Assembly: GCA_949841245.1 (NCBI GenBank)
Contig: CATKYT010000002.1
Span: forward strand, 7,227-71,226
Direction: 5' to 3'
DNA from: an uncultured Eubacteriales bacterium
GTDB lineage: Bacteria; Bacillota; Clostridia; Christensenellales; UBA1242
Length of the DNA stretch: 64,000 bases
The translations under genes and the position numbers were made by a program. The notes below the pieces were generated by a model. The model did no database searches. It saw only the letters and a list, made by a program, of their open reading frames with translations, and was not told where the DNA came from. Positions within the stretch are counted from its first letter, which is position 1. Each line of letters opens with the position of its first letter. Positions 49,497 through 60,200 of the stretch are shown one piece after another.

Positions 49497-51464
49497 TTAA
49501 ATATTTTCTTTTTTCCCAAGTCGTTTTCTCAAAATTGCAATTTTGTTTCGAAGTTCAATCGCACGCTCGAAATCAAGTTGTGAAGAAGCGATTTTCATCA
49601 TAGATGTTAAACGATCAATTTCTCTTGGAATATCTTGCTTAGAAATCTTGTCTTCGTTAACTTTTTTGGAAATGTCAAGCGTGTTTTTAATCTCTTTAAT
49701 AATTGTCTTAGGCACTATGTTGTGTTGCTGATTAAATTCTTCTTGCAGTTTTCTTCTTCTTTCAGTTTCACCAATCGCCCGTTTCATAGAGTCAGTTATG
49801 TTGTCCGCAAACATAATCACTCTGCCATTGGCATTTCTTGCCGCACGGCCAATTGTCTGAATAAGTGCACCTTCACTTCTTAAAAATCCTTCCTTGTCAG
49901 CATCCAAAATGCAAACAAGTTCCACTTCTGGCATATCAAGACCTTCACGCAAAAGATTAATTCCCACCAAAATGTCAAATTCCCCTTGACGAAGCCCATT
50001 TATAATTTCCACTCTTTCCATAGTGTCAATTTCCGAATGTAAATATTTAACTTTAAATTCACGATCTGCAAGATAGGTTGTCAAACTTTCTGCCATTTTC
50101 TTAGTAAGAGTTGTAACCAAAACTCTTGCACCCCGCGCAATGGTTTTGCGACATTCTTGCATAAGTTCTTCCACTTGATTTTTAATCGGCCTTATTTCAA
50201 TCTTAGGGTCAAGAAGCCCTGTCGGTCTGATAACTTGTTCCACAACTTGCCCTGCGTGATCCATTTCATATTTGGATGGTGTGGCAGAAACAAAAATGGT
50301 CTGTTTTAATTTCTTTTCAAATTCTTCAAACTTAAGCGGTCTGTTGTCCTTAGCCGCTTCCAAACGAAAACCAAAATCGACAAGTGCAGTCTTTCTTGCC
50401 TTGTCGCCGTTAAACATTGCACGAATTTGTGGAATGGTCATGTGGCTTTCATCAATAATCGTCAAAAAATCATTTGGAAAATAATCAATCAATGTGTAAG
50501 GTGGCTCGCCCGCTTTTCTTCCATCAAAATAACGCGAATAATTCTCAATTCCATTGCAATAACCCACTTCCTGCATCATTTCCACATCATATGCCACACG
50601 CTGACCTATTCTTTCCGCTTCAATAGGTTTGTTTTGCTTCTCAAAGTTTTTAACAGCAATTTCTCTGTCATCCATAATTTGTGAAATGGCATTCTGCAAT
50701 GTGTTGCTTCCAACTGCATAATGCGTTGCAGGATAAATTGCCACAAAACTTACTTCATTAAGCATATTGCCAGTGACAGGGTCAAACTCAAAAATCTTTT
50801 CAATTTCATCGCCAAAAAATCTGACTCTGACGGCCATTTCTGATTGGTTGGCTGGAAAGATGTCCACAACATCACCTTTCACACGAAATGTTGTTCTCGT
50901 GAAGTCCACATCATTGCGGGTGTATTGAATGGCAATCAATCTGCTGATAAGTTCATCGCGGTCAAATTCTTCCCCTTCACGCAATGCAATGTGTAAATTG
51001 TGATATTCTTCAGGACTTCCCAAACCATATATGCAAGAAACCGAAGCCACCACAATTGTGTCCCTTCTTTCCAAAAGTGAAGATGTCGCCGACGAACGCA
51101 ACTTGTCAATGTCTTCATTGACACTCATAACCTTTTCAATGAAAGTGTCAGTGGAAACAATGTAGGCTTCTGGCTGATAATAATCATAATATGAAACAAA
51201 ATATTCCACACGATTGTTGGGAAAAAATTCTCTAAACTCGTTGCACAACTGCGCAGCAAGAGTTTTGTTGTGAGCAATGACAAGGGTAGGCTTATTGACC
51301 CTTTCAATGATGTTTGCCATTGTGAAAGTTTTGCCCGAACCAGTAACCCCCAATAAAACTTGGTCTTTTAACCCATCTTCCAGACCTTCCACCAATTTAT
51401 CAATGGCTTGTGGCTGGTCACCCGCAGGTTTATATTTAGATTGCAATTTAAACTTTTCTTCCAT
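49497..51464 (-). CDS. uvrB: Excinuclease ABC subunit B
   Basis: 655 aa; [14 protein letters not shown], helicase C motifs, C-terminal UVR domain (..[13 protein letters not shown]..). Confidence 0.97.
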   Translation of the reverse strand: MEEKFKLQSKYKPAGDQPQAIDKLVEGLEDGLKDQVLLGVTGSGKTFTMANIIERVNKPTLVIAHNKTLAAQLCNEFREFFPNNRVEYFVSYYDYYQPEAYIVSTDTFIEKVMSVNEDIDKLRSSATSSLLERRDTIVVASVSCIYGLGSPEEYHNLHIALREGEEFDRDELISRLIAIQYTRNDVDFTRTTFRVKGDVVDIFPANQSEMAVRVRFFGDEIEKIFEFDPVTGNMLNEVSFVAIYPATHYAVGSNTLQNAISQIMDDREIAVKNFEKQNKPIEAERIGQRVAYDVEMMQEVGYCNGIENYSRYFDGRKAGEPPYTLIDYFPNDFLTIIDESHMTIPQIRAMFNGDKARKTALVDFGFRLEAAKDNRPLKFEEFEKKLKQTIFVSATPSKYEMDHAGQVVEQVIRPTGLLDPKIEIRPIKNQVEELMQECRKTIARGARVLVTTLTKKMAESLTTYLADREFKVKYLHSEIDTMERVEIINGLRQGEFDILVGINLLREGLDMPEVELVCILDADKEGFLRSEGALIQTIGRAARNANGRVIMFADNITDSMKRAIGETERRRKLQEEFNQQHNIVPKTIIKEIKNTLDISKKVNEDKISKQDIPREIDRLTSMMKIASSQLDFERAIELRNKIAILRKRLGKKENI

Positions 51465-51506
51465 AACCTTATTCTATCACAAAATAAACCAAAATAAAAG
51501 AAAATT

Positions 51507-51755
51507 TCATTTGTAAAACGATTTTATAAACGCCAACACAAATTCCACCAAATTATTTTCATTTTCCACAATCAACTTGTCATCATGCTCTTGAATTTCA
51601 ATGAACATCTCTTTTTGATGGCGGTTTAAACTTTCAAGAAACCTGTCTTTCAAATCTACACTCTTTCCATTTAATCTCCACTCATTACCCTTCATTTCTC
51701 GCTGTGTCCACGCGTCCAGAATGACACTTTTAATGTCAATATCATATTTAAACAT
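51507..51755 (-). CDS. Hypothetical protein (82 aa)
   Basis: Clean small ORF, divergent from the XRE pair. No recognisable motif. Confidence 0.45.
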   Translation of the reverse strand: MFKYDIDIKSVILDAWTQREMKGNEWRLNGKSVDLKDRFLESLNRHQKEMFIEIQEHDDKLIVENENNLVEFVLAFIKSFYK

Positions 51756-51864
51756 ATTTTTCTCCTTTTAAAGACTATTGTCTTAATTATATTATAATAA
51801 TACTATAGGCTTATGTCAATAATTTTTAGCCCTTTTGTCTTATAATGTAAAAAAGGAGAATAAA

Positions 51865-52068
51865 ATGGAAAAATTATCAAAAAGATTAAAAGAATTAAGA
51901 CAGGAAAAGGGTTTATCACAATCTCAACTTGCTAAAGAAATCCAAGTTAATCAAACAACTATCGGAAAATGGGAAGCATGCAAACGAAGCATTACAGTTG
52001 AATACATAATCGCATTATGTAATTATTTTAATGTATCTGCTGATTATTTAATTGGTTTAGTTGACTAA
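51865..52068 (+). CDS. XRE-family HTH regulator (67 aa)
   Basis: Start trimmed to ATG 51865 (AAAAGGAG SD). MEKLSKRLKELRQEKGLSQSQLAKE.. Confidence 0.85.
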   Translation: MEKLSKRLKELRQEKGLSQSQLAKEIQVNQTTIGKWEACKRSITVEYIIALCNYFNVSADYLIGLVD

Positions 52069-52100
52069 TTAAATTTTTAAAATTAAAGGTTTAAAATATT

Positions 52101-52304
52101 ATGAATAAATTTGCAGAAAGATTAAAAGAATTAAGATTAGAAAAAGGCTTAACTAAAATTCAACTTGCAGCAGAAATTAAATATTCTTCTACTATAATAG
52201 GTAAATGGGAAAACAAAAAGCGAAGCCCAAATATGGAAGCAATCATTGCTTTATGTAATTATTTTAAAGTATCTTCTGATTATTTAATCGGACTTACCGA
52301 TTAA
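52101..52304 (+). CDS. XRE-family HTH regulator (67 aa), tandem paralogue
   Basis: MNKFAERLKELRLEKGLTKIQLAAE..; same length and C-terminal ..DYLIGL motif as its neighbours. Confidence 0.85.
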   Translation: MNKFAERLKELRLEKGLTKIQLAAEIKYSSTIIGKWENKKRSPNMEAIIALCNYFKVSSDYLIGLTD

Positions 52305-52336
52305 ATTTTCTTAAAATCACAATCTTAGCAATAGAA

Positions 52337-52515
52337 TTGCGAATTAGTCGCCAATGTTACTTTTATGGCTCTTAAAAATGAATAATATTTTTTGGGAAAA
52401 ACAAATAAGCAAATTTTCCACGAGTACTTCCAACAAGCAAGCCGAGTTTTTGTGCAAGTTGTGAGTGGTGTTTGGTCGCAGAAATGCGAAAACAAGCCAA
52501 AAGCGCAGTTTTCGC
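52337..52515. repeat. Intergenic repeat, copy B
   Basis: Homologous to 20644..20829. Contains the hairpin GCGAAAAC(14 nt)GTTTTCGC (52486..52515), which ends exactly at the TAG stop of ORF 52516..52875. Confidence 0.65.
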
Positions 52516-52875
52516 CTAGCTTTTAAATATTGCTTTCAAAATAATGCCAAACACAAAACTGACTGTTGCCAAAAAAATGCTTCTTAAAATAAGCATACCA
52601 AAAGTTCGGCGACTTTTTTTGTTGTCTGCAATAAAAGACTGCCCATTTTTCTTTAAATCGACACAATAGAAATAACCATTTTTGCTGTCAGAAACCACAA
52701 AATCAATTAAGTTGTCATTGGAAAGTTGCACCATAATGTCATCAATTTCTTCAATTGACAAAACATATTTTTTAGACAAGGCTTGCGTAATTTCTTGCGG
52801 AGAAATAAGATATGTCCGCTTTTGCTGACACCTTTCACAAAGATATGACATAACCATCTTCTCTTTTCTTGTCAT
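52516..52875 (-). CDS. Small membrane-anchored protein: winged-helix-like N-terminus plus C-terminal TM helix
   Basis: 119 aa; C-terminal MLILRSIFLATVSFVFGIILKAIF. Paralogous by eye to ORF 52995..53381. Confidence 0.55.
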   Translation of the reverse strand: MTRKEKMVMSYLCERCQQKRTYLISPQEITQALSKKYVLSIEEIDDIMVQLSNDNLIDFVVSDSKNGYFYCVDLKKNGQSFIADNKKSRRTFGMLILRSIFLATVSFVFGIILKAIFKS

Positions 52876-52994
52876 AATACGCTCTTTAATAAATTTTTTC
52901 CCAAAAAGAATGTTAATATTCTCAAACTGACAAAAACCAAATCAAAGGCAATGAAATATGTATAAAAGCAAGGCAAAATCGCAAAAATAGCAAT

Positions 52995-53381
52995 ATGATT
53001 GATTTAAAATCTAAACTTGTTTTAAAGATTTTGGCAAACGAATGTGGGAATGGAAACTATAAAATTGTCGAAGTGTCAGACATCATTCTTGCACTTCCAA
53101 GACGCTATCGCATGGACAGCGAAGCAGTGAAACACATTTTAAATTATTTAGAACGCCAAGACATAATCTCAATTAAATATGATGACGACAATGTTTTTTG
53201 CCTAGCAGTTTTGCCTTATGGGTTTGAACTATTGGAAACGGAAAAACCAATTAATTTAAAAGCCAAACCAGTAAAGGAAAAAAAGTGGAATTTTGTCATG
53301 ATTTTATCCAACTTTATTTCTGCACTTGTTGGCACCGTTTTGGGCATTGTAATATGCTATTTTCTTTTAAAATTGTTTTAA
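52995..53381 (+). CDS. Small membrane-anchored protein, paralogue of 52516..52875
   Basis: 128 aa; C-terminal FVMILSNFISALVGTVLGIVICYFLL. The N-terminal region aligns with its neighbour (K.K.V...L...C.......I....I..AL...Y.....E......L.....I). Confidence 0.55.
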   Translation: MIDLKSKLVLKILANECGNGNYKIVEVSDIILALPRRYRMDSEAVKHILNYLERQDIISIKYDDDNVFCLAVLPYGFELLETEKPINLKAKPVKEKKWNFVMILSNFISALVGTVLGIVICYFLLKLF

Positions 53382-53386
53382 AAAAA

Positions 53387-53411
53387 GACTGGAATAATCA
53401 GTCTTTTTTTA
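53387..53411. terminator. Bidirectional terminator
   Basis: Stem AGACTG/CAGTCT with 7-nt loop, A7 before and T6-7 after. Confidence 0.7.
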
Positions 53412-53436
53412 AGTTATATGTGCATATGTGCAAACA

Positions 53437-54180
53437 TTAAGCACCTTTCATCTCTTTTAATGACTTATGAAGTTGGTCAATGTCATAATAAGTTCTTACA
53501 AGACCATCTTTACGCTGACTAAACACTCCATCTTCGCCAATGATGAAAGAGTCAATAAAATTAACTCCACAAGTTTGACAAACTTCATCCACCATGTTGA
53601 AACCATTTACATCCGTGCCAGACGGAAATGCTTTACCAAAAGGATGACAATGAGCAACCACCAAAGAAGCAGGTTTTGCTGTTGCCATGAAACTTGTAAG
53701 TTCCAAAACACTTAAACTGACTTCGTTGTTGCTGTTTGACTTAATTCTTCTTTTGTGAGTAACCATGTTTGCAGGACTTAAAGCTAACAGAATCATGTTT
53801 TCAGAAGTTCGAAATCTAAGATTATCTTCAACAATGTCAATTAAATCAGCAATGCAAGAAACCACACATTTGGTTCCCATTTTGGCAGTGGCATAATAAT
53901 AGAACAACTCGCTGAACATAGAAATCTTTTTTGCGGAACGCTCGTTAAGCCCTGTAACTCTCATAAGGTCATTTACATCAGCATCAATAACATGAGTAAA
54001 ACTTTCATATTCATCCAAAAGACGATGAGCCAACGGATTTACATCACCACGCGGAAAGATGTAAGTCAAGAAAAATTCCATAACTTGGTATTTGCTCATA
54101 TTATCAACACCGGCATTGCAGGCAAGGTCTAAAAGCCTTGCCCTGTGCCCATCATGAATATTTTTCTCATCCTTTTTCAT
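53437..54180 (-). CDS. radC: RadC-like JAB/MPN domain protein, paralogue 2
   Basis: Start trimmed to ATG 54180 (AAGGAG 8 nt upstream). GHRARL..FFLTYIFPRGDVNPLAHRLLDEYESF..; metal motif VAHCHPFGKAFPSGTD. It begins 34 nt after the giant ORF stop. Confidence 0.75.
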   Translation of the reverse strand: MKKDEKNIHDGHRARLLDLACNAGVDNMSKYQVMEFFLTYIFPRGDVNPLAHRLLDEYESFTHVIDADVNDLMRVTGLNERSAKKISMFSELFYYYATAKMGTKCVVSCIADLIDIVEDNLRFRTSENMILLALSPANMVTHKRRIKSNSNNEVSLSVLELTSFMATAKPASLVVAHCHPFGKAFPSGTDVNGFNMVDEVCQTCGVNFIDSFIIGEDGVFSQRKDGLVRTYYDIDQLHKSLKEMKGA

Positions 54181-54214
54181 CTGAATAACTCCTTTAATAA
54201 TTATAATTTTACAC

Positions 54215-57200
54215 TTATTGAATTGTTTGACCAGTGAAATTGCCTGCACTTGCTTTATTAATGAATTCACCACTTGTCCACAAAACTTTTCTGAAACTGT
54301 GTGCCGATCTCGTCCAAACAACACCATTCTCATCATGAGATAATTTTCTTACTACATAATAGTCAATGTCTGTATTTTCATTATGAATTTTTTGACCTAA
54401 ACTGCCGCCGTAATTATAACCGAAGCAATTTTTCATAATACCCCCTCTTGCATCGTTGTGAAATCTTGGACGAATTCCATAAGAGTGATCAACTATATCA
54501 CCCATAGACTTAAACTCTGTGCAATACTTATTTGCATAAGCACCAATAGTAGTAGAATAATTTTTAAAATTTTTATCTGTACTTCCCCATGTGCAATTAA
54601 AATTATTTTCCCAATATCTCCCTGTATCATTTTTTTGAACCATATCCTTTGATGTGATTTCTGAACTGTAAAAACTTGAACTTGTATAAGTTAAATTATT
54701 ATTTTCTGCTCTCAAAACACCAAAAGTTCCAATTCCATCATTTCCTGAGAAATTTTTGATTCTATTGCTGTCATTAATTTGGTTATCTTCGGTTAAATAA
54801 GGGTTTTTAATAATCCTGTTTGATAAAGATGAAACAATGTTTTCATTATTGTCCTTAACAGTTCCATTTACACCACTTGTTGAACCTATTCTTCCAAGTC
54901 CACCTTTATTATTTACATTATAGGAAGATAAAGCATGTCCACCATCTCCGCCATAGCCACCAATACCAGCATGTCCAGCACGTGCAATGCCATTAAACCC
55001 AGAAGCAACAACAATGTTTCCACCACTTGTTCCACCCGAACTGCCATTTGTTTCACTGCCTCCATCCAATTCGTCTGGTCTATAACTGTATGAAAGTCCG
55101 TTTGTTCCATTCTTGCCATTAGCACCATTACCAGCAATTAAAATGTTATGATTGTTATAAGTTCCATCTTTGTAAGTGCTAACCGTAGCATCTGAAATAT
55201 TCGATTTTACTTCTTGCCCCGAAACAATTGCATCCAAACCATTAATGGTTAAATAACTGTTTACTTCTTTAACTTTATTTGAAGCAGTTTTAATTGGTGA
55301 AACATTACTGAGTGTCATGTTTGAAATGTTTCTCATATTTCCATAAAGTGAAACATTATCCAAAATTCCAGCATTTTCATTTTTAGTAAATGCAGAATGA
55401 ACATTTTTACTGTCTGAATAAACTGACCTTAAAGAAACATTGGAAATTACAATCATATCCTTTATTTTGTTGGTGTTGTTTACAAATATATGAGAATTAA
55501 GTGTTGAATTCATTTTAAACAAATAATTGTTTCCAATAATATTTTTTGTGTTGTAACCAACATTTTCATCTTGCAAATAAATATTTGCTGCCACAATAAT
55601 GTTGTCAATTTGTCCAGCGCCGCTTCCAGATTCTTGTAAAACTTCCTTATTGCTTACTTCAATTCTGGCATTATATTTCTTTTCGTATTCGGTTTCATAA
55701 TAATGCCCTGCTGAAATAACTCCATCTTCTTTAATTAAGAATTCATTATTTCCATCTTTTTCTCTGTAAGTCAAATTGCTGTAATTTGGATTATCTCGGA
55801 CAGTAGTGTCTTCATACTGATAATTTTCAGTCAACTTTTCAATTTTATATTCAGTTTCAATTGGTGGTTTTTTCTCCAAATAAGAACATTCAAAATTTAA
55901 ACTTTGATTTGCATCTGTTCTTGCAAACACAATTTCCAATTTTTCTGAATCTGTATATCTTGTATTTCTTATGCTGGAACTTATATATTTCAATTCAAGT
56001 GTTGTGTCTTTATCTAAACTATATCTGTTAAATACATCGAAATTTGGTTTATCCATTTCAACAGGTTCCATCCAATCTATAATTATTTCTTGTCTGTCAA
56101 CTGTGTTTATATATTCAGCTTTGATGTCAGAAACAAACATTTTGCCATTTTTGTAGATAAACTTTTTGCTATTTTTGTGGTAATCAAATTGAACATCATA
56201 AGCAATTTCGCCTTCAACAGCTTCGGGATCTTCGGTCAATTCATAATTGTAAGCATAATATTCAACAGTCAAAGTTCCATCATAATATGAAGTAAATACA
56301 ATATATTTTCTGTAAACTTCTTCTGTAAAATCTCCGCCAGTAAAATCTTCATAACAATAGATTGTTCTGTTATATCCAACTATGTCACCATCTTTCTCAT
56401 ATCTATCTGCACCAGTTTCGAAATAATAATCTTCACTTTTATAAAGTGGATTTTTTTCATGAAACCAGTAATACAAATTTGATTTATATGAATATGCAAC
56501 TTCTTCTTTACTTCCAGAAGATGTCAATGGATAATCTAATTCATTATGTTCTATATGGTCATATACCCCATTAAGATTAGTGTTGGTTAAATAAACTTCC
56601 AATCTTCCTTGTTTGATGTTTTTAAGTTCAATAACATTGTCTGACTTGTTGTCAACTTTACCAAAACCTATGTCAATGATTTCTCCATTGTCATAAACTT
56701 TATATTCATAACCAACTTCATTAAAATTGGTGTTTTTATATTCAAGATAATAATGACTTGGAGTATATTCAAAAGTTTCTGTCACTTCATAGAAAGTGAT
56801 TCCGCCAACAGTTACAGAATTATTATTTGTTACTGTTTGTGCATATTCAGCAAAATTTTCACCTGTAAACACTGCTTGGTTTTGCTTGTTGAATTCAAAG
56901 TTTTCTTTATTTCCTAAAATAACATTTTGATAAACATTGAAATAATTGTCATAGTAAATTAAATCTTCTTTATTGAAATCAGATGTTGAACTTGCAATTT
57001 CAGATTTTGTATAACTAAATGTAAAATCATGGTTTGCAATAAAGTTTAAAATATCTGCTGTGTTGACAATAATTGCCAATTCATCTGTTCCAGTAACTTT
57101 GTAAAGATATATTGTTCCATCAGCAAAATCTATATGGTAATTAAGTTGATTGCCAGTTCCACCCAAATCTCCACCTTTACCAATGAAATTTGTTCCATCA

Positions 57201-60200
57201 AAGCCAATGTAATGATTTTCATCAATATAAATAACACTCTTTGATGTAGCACCAATTTCTGAAGTTCCGTCAGAATTTACAATGTCATATCTATAACTTT
57301 TTAAAGTTCCATCAATATCACTTTCAATTGCATCAATAAGCCTGTCTAATTCTGAAAAAGATTTATCTTCCTTTTCTTTAAATGTAAAGTCTTTAAATTT
57401 TTCAGTTGAATTATTAATCAAATTATACTCAAAATGGTCGTTTCCACTTTCTGTATTTAAATTCTTAGAATCAACAGTAACTTTTGAGAAAACTATTTCC
57501 CCAGCATTTATTAAATAATGTGTTATATTTAATGGTTCGCCAGAAAAACTGTGATTACCTTTAATAAGTAAATATGCTCCTTCATATTCTTCGCCGTTTG
57601 CCATAAATGTAGGAGTGAAAAGACTGCCAGTTTTATCATTAGATGCATATCTTAAAACATCAATATCTAAATAAGTTTCACCATTTAAATTAAAGGTGTA
57701 ACTGTTACCATTTCTTCGTTTACTTATATCTCTTTCAGTCACATTTTGCAAATCATTGACATTATTCATATTTATGTGAAGTGATTTTGAATTTGTTGAA
57801 TCAACCATATCTGTAAGCAAAATATAAGTGTCATTGTTATGATGAATGACCGTATTCTTTGCCAAAATAACACTTTCAATTCTTTCATATTCAAAGTAAA
57901 CTTCAATTTTACTTAAAACATTAGAAACTTCTGCATTAAAGAACAATTCTGCCGTAATTTTATATTGATTTCCTTCATTTGCAATATCTTCAATGACAAA
58001 TTTATTTAATTTTCCACTGTTGTCCACCAAATTAATCATTTCGGCATTAATGGTTTGATTGTTCATGTTTTCTACATTTAAAGTAAATTCTGCAGTAACT
58101 CTAAAAGGAGAATACACATCATTGATGTTGTCTTTGTTGTAAACAACTGCAACAGACTGACCTGCAACATTGAAATCAACAAAATTTTCAATATTAATTT
58201 TTCTTGCTTTATCAATTTTATTTACAAAATTTTCAATTATTTTATTTGCACCTGAAATAGTTGATGATGAGCCTTCTGGTATAATTGAATCAACATTTTT
58301 ATAAGAAGTTTCATTTGTTGGCAAGACATTTAATTCTTTCAACAATTCATCATAACTTTCAAAAGTAACAGATGAATAATATTCTGTATCACAAGCCATT
58401 CCGATATCTTCCAAAGTCAAGCCTACACTACCATAGGAAAGATCTGTACTAATATCAGGTAAGTTTGTTATATTGCTAGAGTTATAGCTGTAATAATCTC
58501 CTCTTCCAGTTCCTCCCACTTTTTCTGCTTTATTTTTATAAAAATAGTAACCAAATATCATATAATCCGCACCAGAAGTTTGTGGAATATCATGGTAATA
58601 GCTTTCTAAAATTGCATTTTTATATTTTCCATCTTCAATATCACCATTTGGTTGGTATGCTCTTGTAATCGTATCTTTCATATAAACTCTGGTTGCAAAA
58701 CCATAAGAATCAATTCCATTTACATACAACTTTTCATCAACCAGATATTTACCATAAGATAATTGATGATTTTCATCATTTCCTAAAATTTTCTTTCTTT
58801 CAAATATCAAATCTTGTGTTTTAATTTTTTGACCAATAACCCCGTCATTAAGTATGTTATCTGTTGAAGTTCCACTGTTGCTAATGTGTTTACTAATATT
58901 AGAGCCATCAACAGAAGGTGCATATCCAAGACCATACGCAAAAACCTTTCTCAACAATCCTTCATTATAAACTGTTGTAACTTTATAAATAAGCTCTACT
59001 GGGACATTTGTATATTCTTTTATTTCGGGATCTCCACTTGCTAGTTTTTTATAAACAGCATTTGTTGAACCTGTTCCAAGTGCTTCAACTTTTGCATCAT
59101 TAAAACATTTTTCAATTTTAAATTCTGCTGTGCCATAGCCAAAGATTCCACCTGCAACGCTGTAACCTAACTTATTGTCTGTTCCATTGTTTGCAAAATT
59201 GCCAACTCCTACCATGCCAGTGTTATATGACTTGCTGACAGTACCTCTATCTACAAAACCTACAATCCCACCCGCAACAGCGTTTTGAGTTTTATTTTTT
59301 GTATAGTTTGCCAAAACTGCGTTTACATTATATGAATCAGTTACACTTCCACCAACCATATAACCCACAAGTCCACCTGTTACAGAATTTAAAGATATAT
59401 TTCCACCTCTAACTTCATTAACTTTGTGTTCATCGTTATTGTTATTGCCAATTTCACCATTAATGCGGATATTTATGTCATCAATAGTATTTTGATTTTC
59501 AGAAACATTTTGAATTATGCCAGCATTAGAAACAACTGATAATTTTGTATTTTGTGAGTAACCGACAACACCACCTGTAAACGATGCTGATGCTGAATTG
59601 GTTATGTTTACAATAGATTCAATATTTTCCATTTCAGAATTTTCTGCACTTCCAACTACACCACCAATTTTTTCTGCACTTAATTCGATATTTCCAATTA
59701 CAGTAATGTTTTTCAATTTGCCATTTGTCATAGTTCTTGCCAAAATTCCAAATGAATTTTTATCAGAAGAATTATTTGTTTGTTCATTAATAATTCTTAA
59801 ATTTTCTATTGTTCCTGTAAATGAATCAAACAAAGGTTTTGTTTCGCTTGCAAAAGTTAAAGTCTTTCTGTTTCCATCCAAAACAAATTCCTTTAATTTA
59901 TTGGCATCTTGTGGATTAAATTCTTTGTCAAGATAATTTTCATCAGTTATATTGACATCATATTTAAGAAGATATTTATATGGCATTTGTGAAATAATCA
60001 TGTCATTAAACTTTTTGCTGTTTAAAACTGCAAGATACCAATCATTTTGATAAGTGTTTGCGGTAGAACCATTTGTGTCAATCAACTCAGAATAATCAAC
60101 TGCTGTGTAAGCATAAGTGCCATCTTTATTGACCACATCAAGTGCATTTTCACCACTGCCATTTTTATCTCTTGTGTAAGTTGTTGTGTTTTTAAGATAA

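Noticed and set aside
53437-54336. Long N-terminal extensions offered by the ORF track (53437..54336, 44180..44455, 51835..52068, 39100..39405, 44418..44711, 13873..14562, 40615..41295)
   Set aside because: In each case an internal ATG is preceded by a clear GGAG-type SD and gives a protein colinear with its paralogues or family. The extensions overlap neighbouring genes or promoters, so the starts were trimmed.
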